Source: Rhina ancylostomus (lineage: Eukaryota). Taken from it: DNA of 64,000 nt. The translations under genes and the position numbers were made by a program. Numbering within the stretch: the first letter of the stretch is position 1; every line of letters starts with the position of its first letter. Below are positions 40,896 through 54,712 of this stretch, piece after piece. Where the stretch lies: contig JARFYF010000002.1 in the NCBI GenBank assembly GCA_030265395.1, positions 47,690,252-47,754,251 on the forward strand, in the 5' to 3' direction. The notes beneath the pieces are model-generated. The model had not been told where the DNA came from. It ran no database searches and saw nothing but the letters and a program-made list of their open reading frames with translations.

Positions 40896-41032
40896 CTGCC
40901 CACAAGTCGCCAGTTGCCAGGGAGGGTGAGCACGTTGTCAGTGTTACTGATCACGACAAGGAAATGGCCAAGCTGAAACTGGAGCTCGAGCAGAGCAAAC
41001 AGATCATCCAGGAGCAGCAGCAGGTTCTCCAG
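40896..41032 (+). pseudogene. SSX2IP: Isolated SSX2IP/ADIP (afadin- and alpha-actinin-binding protein)-like exon; orphan duplicate or exon of a nested gene
   Basis: Pyrimidine-rich acceptor (gtctccatccgatctgtctcctcag), 137 bp, donor CAG|gtacag. Peptide AHKSPVAREGEHVVSVTDHDKEMAKLKLELEQSKQIIQEQQQVLQ aligns without gaps to the recalled human SSX2IP segment [45 protein letters not shown]. No other SSX2IP exon was recognised in the window. It may derive from a paralogue. Confidence 0.72.
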
Positions 41033-41444
41033 GTACAGGCCCTGGGTCGAGCAAATGTGGGATGTTACAGCCGAGGAGGACTTCTGTTGTGTCTGTGCCA
41101 GCCAACTAAATCCCATCTGGACCAGTCCTGCTTCCCAGCTGATGATATGTAACCCTGTAAACTGCATCACATCAAATCCTCATCCAGGTACCTTCTCAGG
41201 CAGAGTCACAGAGCCCCAACACCCTCTGGGTGAAGACTCTTCTCTTCAATCCATCTAGCAAAGTCAATCGATGCCCCCTAGTTGTTGGTTCTTCAGGAAT
41301 GGGTCTTCCTGTTTACCCTTAAGTTGTATATCTGGATTAAATCTCCCCTCAGCTTTTTCTGTTCCAGAGAAAACCTCATTCCCACCCAACGTTCATCACA
41401 AGTAAAGATTCTCCAGTCATGCCCAGATCCTTGTAAACTTTGTT

Positions 41445-41745
41445 GGGACAGGAACGGTAGTACAACGGTTAGTGTAACGCTATATCAGCATCAGTGACCC
41501 AGGTTCAATTCCGGCCACTATCTGTAAGGAGTTTGTACGTTCTTCCTGTGTCTGCGTGGGTTTCCTCTGGGTGCTCCAGTTTCCTCCCACATTCCAAAGA
41601 TGTACAGGTTAGGTAGTTGTGGGCATGCTATGTTGGTGCTGGAAGCGTGGTGACACTTGCGGGCAGCCTCCAGGACATTACGCAAAAGATGCATATCACT
41701 GTGTGTTTCGATGTACATGTGGCTAATACAGATATCTTATCTTAT
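41445..41745 (+). mobile_element. tRNA-derived V-SINE
   Basis: Head aggttcaattccgg, V-domain, Rex-like tail gatgtacatgtggctaatacagatatcttatctta. Confidence 0.88.
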
Positions 41746-42334
41746 AATCCACAAGTTTCCAGCTGCCTCTATCCCACTCTGACCTTTTGCAATGTCCAAA
41801 GCAGCCCAACATAAGCTCAAGGAATAACACGTGCCCTTCAAAGTAGGTACATTACAGCATATGACCCTCTCATTTCACTCAGTTTTAAATACTTTAGAAT
41901 GCCACTCAAATAATAGATCATAAAATCAACATTCTGATCTGCTTTGAACTAATTATCCAAAGAATCTTGATTTCTGTGAGCTGTCTCGTCCTCCCCCATA
42001 CGCTCATGTTGAAATAACCAATTTAAAACCAGGTTTAACCAATACTTCTAATTCCATAGACCTGAATGCATTCAGTGCACATTGGATCCGCAACAGCACC
42101 ACCCCCTCCTTGGTCAAAGCCTTGATCGCTTGTCTAAGATTCTCCAGAGAACAAAAGCTAGTTTAACTATACCTCAAATGAAGTCAAGATAGGATAAACA
42201 TGGATTTTTTTTTAAAAGTAAATGAAAATTTTATGTATTGTGTCAGTTTACACCCTTCCCATTTCCCAAATTTCTCCCTCCATCATTAAATTTATCATTT
42301 CTTCTTCCTGCTCTGACCAAGCCAAAATTCAATT

Positions 42335-42445
42335 TCCACCTATTGAAGGACCTTTGACCTGAAATGTTAACTGTTTCTCCTTCCACAGATGTTCCCGAAC
42401 TTGCTGAGTGTCTCCAGAATTTTCCATTTCAGATTTCTAGCTTTT
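42335..42445 (+). mobile_element. Penelope pLTR single arm with decayed hammerhead
   Basis: ctattgaaggacctttgacctgaaatgttaactgtttctccttccacagatg...cagatttctagc. Confidence 0.65.
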
Positions 42446-42954
42446 TTATTTTCATTTAATCTACTTACAGATTACTTTTCGACTTCATTATGCATAGACA
42501 TAGGGTTTGCTTTACATGAATGCCAACAGCACTCAAGAGTACATCTTTACCAGCAATCTTGATGGAAAAATCCTGCTTATCAAACATCAATGGATGGGTG
42601 AAATTTCCTCAGCATAATATTACTGGAACTGAAATTACCCCATTTGCCCCTGAGCAAAAATTCAATACCAAATCCTGGTAATTCCTTCACCATTGTTCAT
42701 TCAGGCTTCAACTGCAATTGGAAACTTGTAGTTCTATTTAATTTTGACTGGATCTTCAAACTGAACAGTTTAGCCCTCTATCTGCACTTCCTAAATAGTG
42801 CTGTTTATATCCATATCACACCTCCAGTACTAACAAGCCCCAGAAATCATGCAAATCAATTGAATAAAGAAATGAAAATTGGAATTTGAGCAAAAAGCAG
42901 GAATATGACCTGCTCTCCAGCTGCTATAAAAACCATTTGTAAAAAGGTCACCAT

Positions 42955-43260
42955 GGCTGCGGAATAGCAGATGCTGTCTGTGGAGTTTGAACGTTATCCC
43001 CAAGGCTGGATGGGTTTCCCCTTGTGTTCCAATTTCCTCCCACATCCCAAACAGGTGCAGGCTGGAATGTTCATTTGCTGCTTTTTTCTGCCTCTAGTGT
43101 GTAGGAGAGTGACTGAATCAGGGAAGAGTTCATGAGAATGTTTTGATAACAAAATCATTTACAAAAATAAGATCAATGAAGGATTAGTGTCAATGGATGG
43201 CTGATGATTAGCTAAGACCCTGGACTGAAGGGTCTGTTTCCATGCTGTATGCCTCTGTGA
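42955..43260 (+). mobile_element. Older V-SINE
   Basis: gctgtctgtggagtttgaacgtt...tttcctcccacatcccaaa; tail gactgaagggtctgtttccatgctgtatgcctctgtga. Confidence 0.75.
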
Positions 43261-43767
43261 CACTTTTCAGCACTTTTTAAATGGCAAGAGTGTATTTAGT
43301 TGTGCACCTACAGTGAAGCAAACACTATGTATGTAAGTTGTACATTCACATGAATGCATATGCAGTCCAACGTGCAACCTTTTCTCATTACAGCATTGCT
43401 CTGGAATATGACAATACTTTAGTGGTAAACCTAACACTTTATTCAGTATTTTTTTACTAATAGACTCATTTAAATATTTCTGCTCATATTTATGTTCTCA
43501 GAGTTAAGGTACTCTAAGTAAATAAGCAGCAAGAGTAATAATTTACATTCATATGGCACATTTACCCAAAGTAAACATGTCCTTAGTGCTTCATAGACTG
43601 TAGAAACAAAACTGTGCTGAGCTAAAGTTGAATGCATCAAAGAGGAAAATGAAGGTCAAATATTACCAATTTCACTGGTTTATTGGGTACAACGCCTTGA
43701 TGATAAAGTTTGTTATTCAGAAAGGTTGGCTTTAATGAAAAATTTAAAGGACTGAATTCAAATTAAA

Positions 43768-43867
43768 ACACAAGATGTTGTTGGAAGTACTCAGCAGGTT
43801 AGGCAGCACTTGTAAAGAGAAAAACAGAATTAACATTTCAGGTCCACGATCTTTCATCAAAATGGGA
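43768..43867 (-). mobile_element. Penelope pLTR single arm with decayed hammerhead
   Basis: Minus strand reads TTGATGA-AAGATCGTGGACCT-GAAA-TGTT-AATT followed by the family arm. Confidence 0.65.
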
Positions 43868-45879
43868 GACAAATTTGTTTGGGGGAAGGTAATTCCAGAG
43901 AGCTAAAAGCACCATTACCAGGTAATGAGAACACGTAATTGATTTTGGATTCAGAGAAGGGACGGACTGATATAGCTGTAGGTCTTGGCAAAGACTGCAA
44001 ATATAGAAAGGAGGAAAGCTAAGTAAAGACTTGAATACAAGTAATAGAATTTTAACTCAGAGAAACTGACGGACCAAGAACTAATGCATCCCAGCATCCA
44101 TGAATGCAGTGGGCAGGCATGACTTGGTGTGCAAGAGAATATGGCAAAGTTTCAGTGGGAAGCTGCCATTTACTCAGCATTGAAGACAAATCAACAAATT
44201 ATTTGAAGATAGTCCAAAGTGAAGCAAACACTACAATATGCAGGGGGATTAATTAGGTGCTCTTTTAGAGCAACTGTTAAATGTCATGTAATACATTTAA
44301 TCCAGGTAAATTTAATCAATGAGCAAAAACAAAAAGACATTTACATAAGACATTCAAATAACCTTTTTTGACAGTTGCTCTATTGCAGTTGACAGTTGTG
44401 TGAAACCTTTCTTGTTTTACCAGTTTCGCTGGTTTATTAAAGGCACAATGTTTTGTCATGATGTTTCTGCCATCCATGACTTTTAATGAACTTCTAAAGA
44501 TGCAAATAAAGTACTGGTAATCCATAACACTAAATATAAAAGGCTTTACCAGTACTTACTGGGCACTCTACTAACTTTGCATGAGATAACCCACAGCCTT
44601 CTCTGAATTCTTAAAAATTACCACTTTCAATAGATTTTAACAGACCACTTGAATCCAAACGAGCCAGAAAAGCAGTATTCAACTGCTCAAGTGAAATGTA
44701 ATACTAGGAACAGGCTCAGAATTTTAAGAGATTACTTATTAAGCATATAGTCAACTCATCACATGACCCAAATACAAGTACAATTTAATGAAGTTCCACT
44801 GTAAATTTAAGCTGTGCATTCAAAATAAGCGATTATGAGATGTGGACCACAGCCCTCAATTAACTTTGCTGTGCTAGATCATCTAACAATCACATGACTT
44901 CCTTGCTCAAACCACCATTTAAATAGCTCTGCTATTTGCATGAGTGATGCAACAACGGTAAAATATTGAAGCATGGGTGTACAAAATATCAATCGATTGG
45001 AGGCAGGAGCTGCAGCCAGCCCCTTGGCTGCTCACTGCTTTTTGTAAAGTCTAGATGTTGATGGGTTATACTCCTTCACATTAACTACATTGCCAACCTT
45101 AAGTTGGCTCCTGGGAAGAGCAACAATGAAGGCCAGCAAATTTTTAAACTGGTGAAAGAGAGATGGAATTAAATAATTATTCAAATGACATTCATATAGC
45201 TCCCAGCACCTGCTTCAGAGTCATATATGACTGAAAGAAAAAGCTTCTCTTTATATAGAACCTTTCCAAGTCTTAAAGATGTTCTAAATTACTTCCCAGT
45301 GAATTATATTTAAAACTTTACAATTTACCAGATAGGAATCTTTACAACTAATTTGAATACAACACGATTCCATTAAAAACAATTAAATATATTTTAGAAA
45401 ATGGTTTATGAACATTACTGGCAAGACCAACATTTGTTTACAATCCCTAGCTAACACCAAGAAGTTGGTATTGGTCCTTCTTGAACTGCTGCTGTTCCAG
45501 AAGTGAAAGATGAAGATACTCCCACAATATAAGGAATTCCACAACTTTATTGCAACAACAAAGAAACAGAATGAATAATGGATCAGCTGAGCCCACTTGG
45601 GTGATTTTGACTGCAGGATAAATGTCAGCCAGGAAGTTGCAATAAACTTCTCTACTATTTCAACTACAATTACTGTTTCTGTTCATATTGGCCCTGGGAT
45701 GTTTTGTATCTGCTGTTTAGACCTGGCATCTTCTATTCCAGCAAAGTGAGTAGTTAAAAATAAAACACAAAAGAAATACAAGGTCAAGAGTTGGCAGCAG
45801 CAGGGACAGGAAATCTCATTTCCAAAACTGTAAAATAAATTATGCACTATAAATGGGATAAATTATTTCCAGCTCTAAC

Positions 45880-46108
45880 ATAAATAAAATTAGAGAATGC
45901 TGGAATATTCAGCAAGTCAGGCAGCATCTGTAGAACATGAAACAGGGTTAATGTTTCAGGTCAAAAATTCTTTGTTGGAACCTGAAACACATTTTGTCTT
46001 TGACCTGAAAATTTAACTTTGCTTCTCTCTCCATGGATGTTACTTGACCTGCTAAGTATTTCTAGCATTTTCTGTTTTTATTTCAGATTTCTAGCATCTG
46101 CAGTTTTC
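45880..46108. mobile_element. Palindromic Penelope-derived short element (older subfamily)
   Basis: Left arm gaatgctggaatattcagcaagtcaggcagcatctg...gttaatgtttcaggtcaaa mirrored by tttgacctgaaaatttaac...cttgacctgctaagtatttctagcattttc. Confidence 0.75.
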
Positions 46109-47182
46109 TCAATTTTTATCCTAGTTATAACATACATCAATAAAAGAGATGCAGAAGAATTTTAAAATGGAGTAATCCCTTAGAATGCTGATCATTCAGC
46201 TTTAAATTCAAATACATTTGCAGGTTGATTATATCTCCCGGTTCACAATATTCTTCTGATTCAAGTCTGAGACCACATTTTGTTCTCTCAGTCACACATA
46301 TCTAAATACTTACACTTATGAATGGCTGAATGAACCAGTCAGTACCAATATTAATTCAAGACTAGAAGTATTGCAACTATTATTTTTGGACAACATTGCT
46401 GGCATGATTGTTGCCCGGCTGAACAGTGGAACACTTAACAACATCTTTTAATTGCTGTGAACTAGATGAATTCCAATTTATACCAACAAATAGCACTCTT
46501 TTGAAAACTCCTCTGACTCTGACCTTGAGAACTGCAAAGGAGCAGACCAACAATATTTTTCTTTTAATAAAAAAACCAGCATATTTATACGTTAGATTTT
46601 TATCTAAACAAAGTGGACAGCTGGAAAATTAATTATCATTATTAATGGAAATATTGTTGTAGATTCAATGATCCCTTTCAATGTATATTAAATTGTATCA
46701 ATAATGTTGCAGCTTTAACTGTGACCTGCATTTCCTTTGANNNNNNNNNNNNNNNNNNNNNNNNNNNNNNNNNNNNNNNNNNNNNNNNNNNNNNNNNNNN
46801 NNNNNNNNNNNNNNNNNNNNNNNNNNNNNNNNNNNNNNNNTTTGAGGGCATCTTTCGCACTGACAGTAACTCATTTATTCACTTTAGGTTGTGGTACATC
46901 TCAAGAGTAGATTCAAATGTAACTCTGAATCTTTGTTTGTACCAATGGTACTTCACTTCAGCAGCACGTTCAGACTGTACAGAGCTCACAGCAGACAGTA
47001 ATTTACATTCAGATAGCAAATTCACAAGTAATATATCTTAACACTTATTTTCATGGTCGCATCCTCTGAGTATTCCAAATCTCTTTTGTGAACGGACAAA
47101 CAGGAATTGTCCAAAGCACATAAACATACTGGGCCATAATTGGCTGATAGCCGGCCAGTGGTTCCACAAAAAACATACAACT

Positions 47183-48300
47183 TAAAAATTAGGAGCAGGC
47201 ATTAACCACTTAGCTTGGGAAAATGCTCCACTACTTGATTAAGATCATGGATGATCTGATTCTAATCTTAACTTCACATTCCCATGGAACCTCTTACTCC
47301 TTTGCTTGTCAAAAATTTATTATAAAAAGAAGTGGCAGCAGATTTTTTGCATATTTATACACAGAATTGGAATAGAGTTTCAAAGACTGAATACTCAGAG
47401 GAAAAAAACTCATCTCTACCTCAAATGAGTGATCCCTTGTGTTTAAGCAGTGATCCCTAGTTTTAGTTTGTCCCACAACAGCAATCATCCTCCTCACATC
47501 CACTGCCAATGCCTCTCAGTACTGTATTACAATCGTCCCCTCTCACTCTTCAAAACTCTAGCATATATACATCTAGTCTGTCCAACCTTTCCTCAATGAA
47601 TAATCTCCCCATTCCAAATATTAATCTAGCAAGCCTTCCCCAAATTTATTTCAATCCATATACATACTTTTTGAAGGATATTAAGTGTACAGTATATCAC
47701 ACTTCTGATGTGTTCTCCCCAATGCCCTTTCTAACAGAAGTATAACTTCTATACCCGGCAATAAATGATAATACTGTTAGTTTCCCTAATTACTTGTTGT
47801 ACTCACATACTAGTTTTTGCTAATATATTATAACACCTAGAACCCTGTGCATATCAGAGATCTGCAATCTCTCATCATTTAAATAATATGCTTCTTCATT
47901 TTTCTGCCAAAAATTTTTCAGACCTTTTCTCACTCCCTTGCCCTATTAACATCCAATTTAACCTCCTTATGTCCTCCTCACCAATAACCTAAGTATCTTT
48001 CTGGCACCAGCAAATTTAGCAACTATACTTTTGGAGTCTTCATCCAAGTCAACAGTATAAATTGTAAAAAGTTGAAACCCCAGCACCAATCCCTGCTATA
48101 CACAAGCAGAAAATGACTCATTTATGCCTGAATCCCATTTCCTATTAGCCAGCCAATTTTCTACCACTCCAATGTGTTACCTTGTACACCATGGACTTTC
48201 ATTTTCCATAATAACCTTTGACAGGATACAATTGCCAAATGCCTTTTGGAAATCCAAGAAAAGTGCATCCACTTGTTCCCCTTTACACACAGTATGTGAC
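47183..48300 (-). mobile_element. Decayed CR1 LINE
   Basis: Minus-strand VGQTKTRDHCL, a DFQKAF-like ttggatttccaaaaggcatttg, and CR1 3' UTR at about 47185-47320. Confidence 0.8.
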
Positions 48301-48359
48301 ACAGATAATCACCAGCTCACTGCAGTGCTTTCCAAGCTTCAACATTCACATTGTCTTTC

Positions 48360-48565
48360 ACATATCCAATCCTCCTGCCACTCATTTACACTAGGGGTAA
48401 TTTACAGTAGCCAAATTATCCTACCAACCAGCAAGTCTTTAGGGCTGGGAGGAAACCCACTTGATCACAGTGAGAAGCAGCAAACTCGACACAGACAGGA
48501 CCAGAGATTAGAATTCAACCCGGGTCACTGGAGCTATGGGACAGCAGCATTAACTACTGCACCAT
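48360..48565 (-). mobile_element. Older V-SINE
   Basis: ggggtaatttacagtagccaa, gggaggaaacc, reverse B box ttcaacccggg. Confidence 0.7.
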
Positions 48566-51500
48566 ACAAGCTGAGGTAAGGTTATTGTTGTATCATTCTA
48601 TATATTTACGATTTAAATTAATTAACAGCAGTTTGTTCTAAATAACTTTGTCAGTTTTTGTTTTTAACAGTTTACATTCTGATTTTTTTCATCTGATTCA
48701 AAGGTTTTTATCAACAAAGACATGTAGGAATAGTGAAAAGGCCTTCTAACAGCACAAATTATCAGAAAGATGTTAGCGTGAATCCTTCCTTTGTTCCCAT
48801 CAACTTCAACCTAGTCGCACCCTATTCTTCACTTCCTCTCCTAGGCCTGCTATGCCTTACAGAAGTGCTAGGAGTGCACTGGGAGCCAGGTGGCCACTGA
48901 ACTAGCTGGGGTTTATACGAGGTGTGGATTGAGATCCATCTGGTTTGGTCCAATAATGGTGATGTCCAACTTCGGACTTTCTTATTGAATTAGTAAATCA
49001 TAATTTGTATGATGAAGAAAACAGGAGAGACCGTTAAAGACAACAGGACATTTATCATAGTCTTGAAGGTAAACATCATTGCAAACCTGTTCAAAGAGGT
49101 CTGTTTAAAAAGATGTTTACCTCACAGCCGGACTCACTTGAAAGCTTCCCTATTAACATGCCTATAATTATTCTGCACCATGAAAGAATATAGATGATCT
49201 GAAAATATGTTTCCATGTACAATTTTCTCTTCATTTCAAAACCAGAGAAGCATTTATAGTTGGAAAATCTACTTTCTCCACTCACCCCAAAATAAATTTA
49301 TTTTTGGTCCATCAAATGAGATGCAGCACTTATTTAAGTATGGAATTTAATTGATGTGGTTCAAAAGAATTTCTTTCTTATTTCTGCATTTCTTCCTCAG
49401 TCGGCAGTCACTGATATGAAAGGCGTACAACACAATGGCCTCCCTACACCTAAGTCAGGTTTTGCTTTTGTTTCTGAACAACACAACCTAAGACCATCAA
49501 TCACGTGGTTGGGTTAAACAGAGCACAGTGATTCACATAAGGACTCTTATTTGCTCTTAAGATAATAGCACAAAACAGGCTGTTCTGTTAACTGACATGC
49601 AGCAATTCACAGAGCACATCAACTGGATTAATATAAAACAGTGATTCGAATTATAATATGAGACAGGAATGAACTTTATCACGCATTTTAATTCAGGGCT
49701 TATCACAATGCTGTTATAGCCAGTTACTATATTTAAAATCCAACTCATGGATGATTTATGCACCACAAAATGGAACAAAAATTTCCTTTATGTGCTAGAG
49801 GATAGCAAGAACCCTGGAGTCAATCTTGCAGCCTGACTGCAAAGAAACAGTCAAAAGAAAATTTCAGTGTACAGAAGACAAAAACATTAGTATTTTGATA
49901 TCGTATCATGCAGTGAAGTTCGTGCAGCAAAGTAATATTATTTGGCTCCTCAATGGACAATGAGTAAATTAAATGATTTTATCATGGGAATTATATTAAT
50001 AACCTATTAAACAAAACAGTAAGAAAACTGACTATGCATGACTATCAAGTTGTGGCAATAAACAGAGTTAATTGCTTAAATGCTAAATTAACAAGATCTA
50101 TTATAAATCCTGGAATATTTAGAATTATGTTTCAACTTTGATATCCACTTGCCATGCAACTTCCTGCATTTCTGTCCTGAAATCTGGCCACCAGATCACA
50201 TGCTATTCAGATAACTGGGATCTCAGTTGTAAATGAATTATAATCCAAACACCTCTCCAGAGGATTAATAAATCATTATTTTTCTGATTAAATCCCAACC
50301 TTTCAAGGACTTTCCAAACTGATTCTTACACTAAAGAACAAAACAACTAATAAGCTTTGCAGTTACAACAGTGTTTGTAAAACACTTGTTTTTACTTATA
50401 GAAGTTTGACTTCCTGCAGTTGTGCATCATTCACACAACTGGACAGCCATTTCAAGTGGCAAAACAACAACCACCACCATTATAGCATACCATCATTATT
50501 AAAATATATGAACATATTAGAATTATAACTTCAGTGAGGATATCACTTGTTGCCATAATTTGCCTGGATAGTATTTATGAAAATGACAGAATTAACAAAA
50601 TCTTTGATAGCCCAGAAAAAGATAAGGGAAAATATGTGGAAATGAAATTAGAGTGGAAGACTCAATTTTATTTCATAACACAGCATTTTCTCCCCATTCT
50701 TGTGACCCCTAGCCCCAAAATTGTAAGAATGACAAACATTACGTTGAATTCACCAAGTCACAAGCCTCATTTGCAGGAATACTTAATCTGGAATCAGGTC
50801 TTACACCTCCTAATTGAATTAACTTTCTATAACTAAAAAGCAAGACATTGGGCACACAACATGGATGTGCACAATGCAGCAACATGCCACTGAAAAGCAT
50901 ACCTACTAAAAAAATAAACTGTTTTATTCTGATGCAGCATAGGAAGGTGGCCATCACTGCTCTCTGATACTGGACATGTCGCGTGAAAGGAAGTTGGCCC
51001 TGTTTAGAGGAAGTCAAATTCCAATGAATCATAATACAAGCTATGTGCACAGATGTCAATTCAACTGTCTGGGTCCTTTGCACTAGCAAGCAATAGTTGC
51101 ATGATATCTGGAAGATGGCAATGCTAAGTATGCGTTTGCACACATTTCATCTGAGCCCCATCAAGCACTGCAGAAATTCATTGTCCTATCTTATACCAAA
51201 TGAAGCTTTGGTCATAATCACCACTCCATTACATACATATTTTCAACCTGCTAAATTTGTTGGCTGGAATTTTCTCTTTTGACTGGACATGAACAATAAA
51301 AAACTTAATTGATGCTGAGTGGATTGCAAAATCTGGTGATGGCCTCTCGAGAGCCAATGGTTCTTCAGATAACATGAAGTGTTACAGAAAGAGAGCATTA
51401 TTCACTTTTTTTGGATGGTCATCATTACTAAGCACAATGACATTTCCATTGTCAGATATAATTTAATCTAAAAAAGTGTGTACTTCCTCCCTGTTCATTT

Positions 51501-52454
51501 AAGTAAGTTGAGTGGTAGGAAGACTACTGATACTTGTGAGTACCGGCTGCAATACTAGAATTCAAAGGAATATACCATTGGAAACAATGGGTTGTATGAT
51601 GGAAATGTGCAGTGGTATCACTTTTATGCTCCTTTTCCAGACGTTATCTGTAGTTCATCCTGAAACAGATAGTATAATTTGATGACAATCTGCTTGATGA
51701 CGTTAATGCTCAAAGAGAAGTCAACAATAGCTGACACATCCAGGTAACTGTTGGTCCCAGTGCAGTGATGAATATGGAGTAAAGGTCCAGAGTATCACTG
51801 TACCAGCAGTTCTTCCTTCATGAAATTTCTCATGTAAATAATGAAGTGTCACTAAAACATAAAGGAATTCCATTTTTCAACACTTCATTAAATTATTTAA
51901 AGTATAGCATAAAGGAAACAAATGACAGAGCACAAAAAAACTAGAAAGGTGTGAGAGTGCCCTGCAACCCAGCACATACAAAATATCTTGGAAGTACCTT
52001 CACCAGAAGGACTCCACAGTTAAGCGTGGCTCACCACCACCTTCGCAATTGCAATTCAGATTGGGCCGTGAATGGTGGCCTTGCCAGTGACACCAACCTC
52101 CTGCAAATGAACAAATAAATCAAGTAAATTTGAGCCATTTCAGGAGTCACTAATTCCTTTACCCCCCAAGAACTGAATATTTATAAAATTCACTGATAAT
52201 TGTAATGAGCTTCACGTAACTCATTATTACTGTTTTTTCTAGCTATTAAGCAGAGTTACTCTTGATAAGGGGGCTGTCCTTAAACCAACCATCCTCAGCA
52301 TGACTCTCAAGTCACTTTTGCTTGCTTTCAAAGAAATATTCCTGAGCTTTCCCTATTTTATTCCAAGGTTATTGACAAAATGTTAATTCTGTGTCACTAT
52401 CCACAGATGTGTGCTCCCAGTATGTCCTGTTCACTTATCCTTCTAGATATATCC

Positions 52455-53676
52455 TTCTGGAGCATCTGGACAGTAAAGACACCTATGTTAGACTGTTGTT
52501 TATTGACTCCAGCTCTGTGACTTCAATACCATAATTCCAAGCAAAGTTATCTCCAAACTCCTGGACCTGAGACTCAGCACCTCTCTTTTCAACTGGACTC
52601 TTGACTTCCTGAACAACAGAAGGCAATCAGTAAGGAGAGGCAACAACACCTCCGCCACAATTATTCTCAACACTGGTGCCCCACAAGGCTCCGTCCTCAT
52701 CCCCCTACACTACTCCCTATACACTCACAACTGCATGGCCAGATTCTGCACTAACTCCATCTAAATTCCAGTTTGAAGATGATACAACCACAGTGGGTTG
52801 TATCTCAAGTAACAATAAGTCAGCATACAGGAAGGAGAAAGACAGCCTAGTAACATGGTGTCACACAACAACCTTTCCCTCAATCTCAGCAAAACAAAAA
52901 CCTGATCATTGACTTCGGGAAGCAAGGTGGTGTACATGCTCCTGTTTACATCAACAGTGCTGAGGTCAAGAGGGTGGAGAGCTTCAGGTTCCTCGGAGTG
53001 AACGTCACCAATAGCCTGTCCTGGTCAAACCATGTTGACGCCGCAGCCAGGAAAGCTCACCAGCGTCTCTACTTCCTCAGGAGGCTAAAGAAATTTGGCA
53101 TGTCCCCGTCGACCTTCACCAATTTTTATGGAAGCACCAAAAAATCGAAGCATCTAGATGCATCACAGCTTGGTATGGCAACTGCTCTGCCCATGACCTT
53201 CAGAAACTGCAGAGTTGTGGACATAGCTCAGCTCAGCACATCACAAAAACCAACCTCCCCTCCATGGACTCTGTCTATACTTCTCACTACCTCAGTAAAG
53301 CAGCCAGTATAATCAAAGTCCCCACCCACCCCAGACATTCTCTCTTCTCCCCTCTCCCATCGGGCAGAAGATATAAAAGCCTGAAAGTACGTACCACCAG
53401 GCTCAAGGACAGCCTCAATCCTGCTGTTATATGACTATTGAATGATTCCCTAGTGTGATAAGATGGACTCTTGACCTCACAATCTACCTCGTAATGACCT
53501 TGCACCTTATTGTCTACCTGCACTGCACTCTCTGTAACTGTAGCACTTTATTCTGCACTGTTATTTTTTTATCTTGTACTAACTTCAATGCACTGTTGAT
53601 CTGTATGAACTGTATACAAGACAAGTTTTTCACTGTACCTCAGTACGTGTGACAATAATAAACCAATTTACCAATT
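52455..53676 (+). mobile_element. 5'-truncated Rex1/Babar-clade LINE
   Basis: [82 protein letters not shown]; tail gacaataataaaccaatttaccaatt. Confidence 0.9.
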
Positions 53677-54634
53677 AAGAGAAAGCTAGTCACTTCTATG
53701 ACCACCTGGACTCCTTTCAGGTCCACCACAGGAGCATATATTCTTGAGTTCCCACACATACACAAAGACCAGCACTAGAGACTTACATTTATGAAGAAAT
53801 TCGATGGATGCAAGGTTTGCCTTGAGGAAAGCACATATGAAAATTAAGATTTTGTGAAAGACAGGAAGACTGTTATTCTTTCAAGTATAGAGGATAATCA
53901 ACCTAAATCCTTTGACACAATCTCAGCAGCCGAGAGATCAGTAGATTTTCGAACTCTCATGCACATCATGAAATCCAAGTGCTTGGGTGATGTGAGTAGG
54001 CAAGAGAAATCTTCAGCTTACTTCTGTAAAACATTGCAGACAGTATCCCATCACTATGTACACTTCAAACTGTGGCAGCACAGGAAGTTGTTGCAATATC
54101 AAGATACTATAAAATCTTCCTGGAGTGACAAAAATGATCTAGGAGAATTTTGGGTAAATCTTGGTTACAGTAGTGTTTTGGAAACGTTAATAATACGTGT
54201 TCAGAGTCACGGTGGTCCGATGGAACATACATTAATACAGCACATGGTTTTCTACTGTAGCTTTCTCTCATCTGCTGTATCCATTGTTCTGTTTGTTGAA
54301 GCCTACATCAAACATATAATTGTCTGTACAGATAGAGTAAGAACAATTCCACCATTTAGCCTTTTTCACTATAAGCAGAGGTTCCTCAGTTGTCAAGCCT
54401 ACTATATACTACACAGAAGCACAAGATCATTGGCACTTTGCAAGTACAGAAAGGCTATCATTGAAAATTCTGACCCTCAAACTTGCATGTTGACAGTTGG
54501 AAGGGTACAGCTATTGAACAGTACAACCATCCTGGGAAAGGAATCCTTTAAATAAGAAAATTACCCTTTTCTCATTTTATGGTCTTCACGTGGCTGAAGA
54601 AATTATTGCAAATATTAATTTCAAATGAAAAGTG

Positions 54635-54712
54635 CTTGGTCTGAAACATTAACTCAATTTCTATCTTCACAGATGCTGCTTGACCTGCGCAGTATTTCCA
54701 GCATTGTTTTTC
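54635..54712 (+). mobile_element. Penelope pLTR single arm
   Basis: ctgaaacattaactc...cacagatgctgcttgacctgcgcagtatttccagcatt. Confidence 0.65.

Noticed and set aside
53854-54555. 233-aa ORF
   Set aside because: Non-ATG start, no recognisable domain, random-looking composition; likely a chance ORF.
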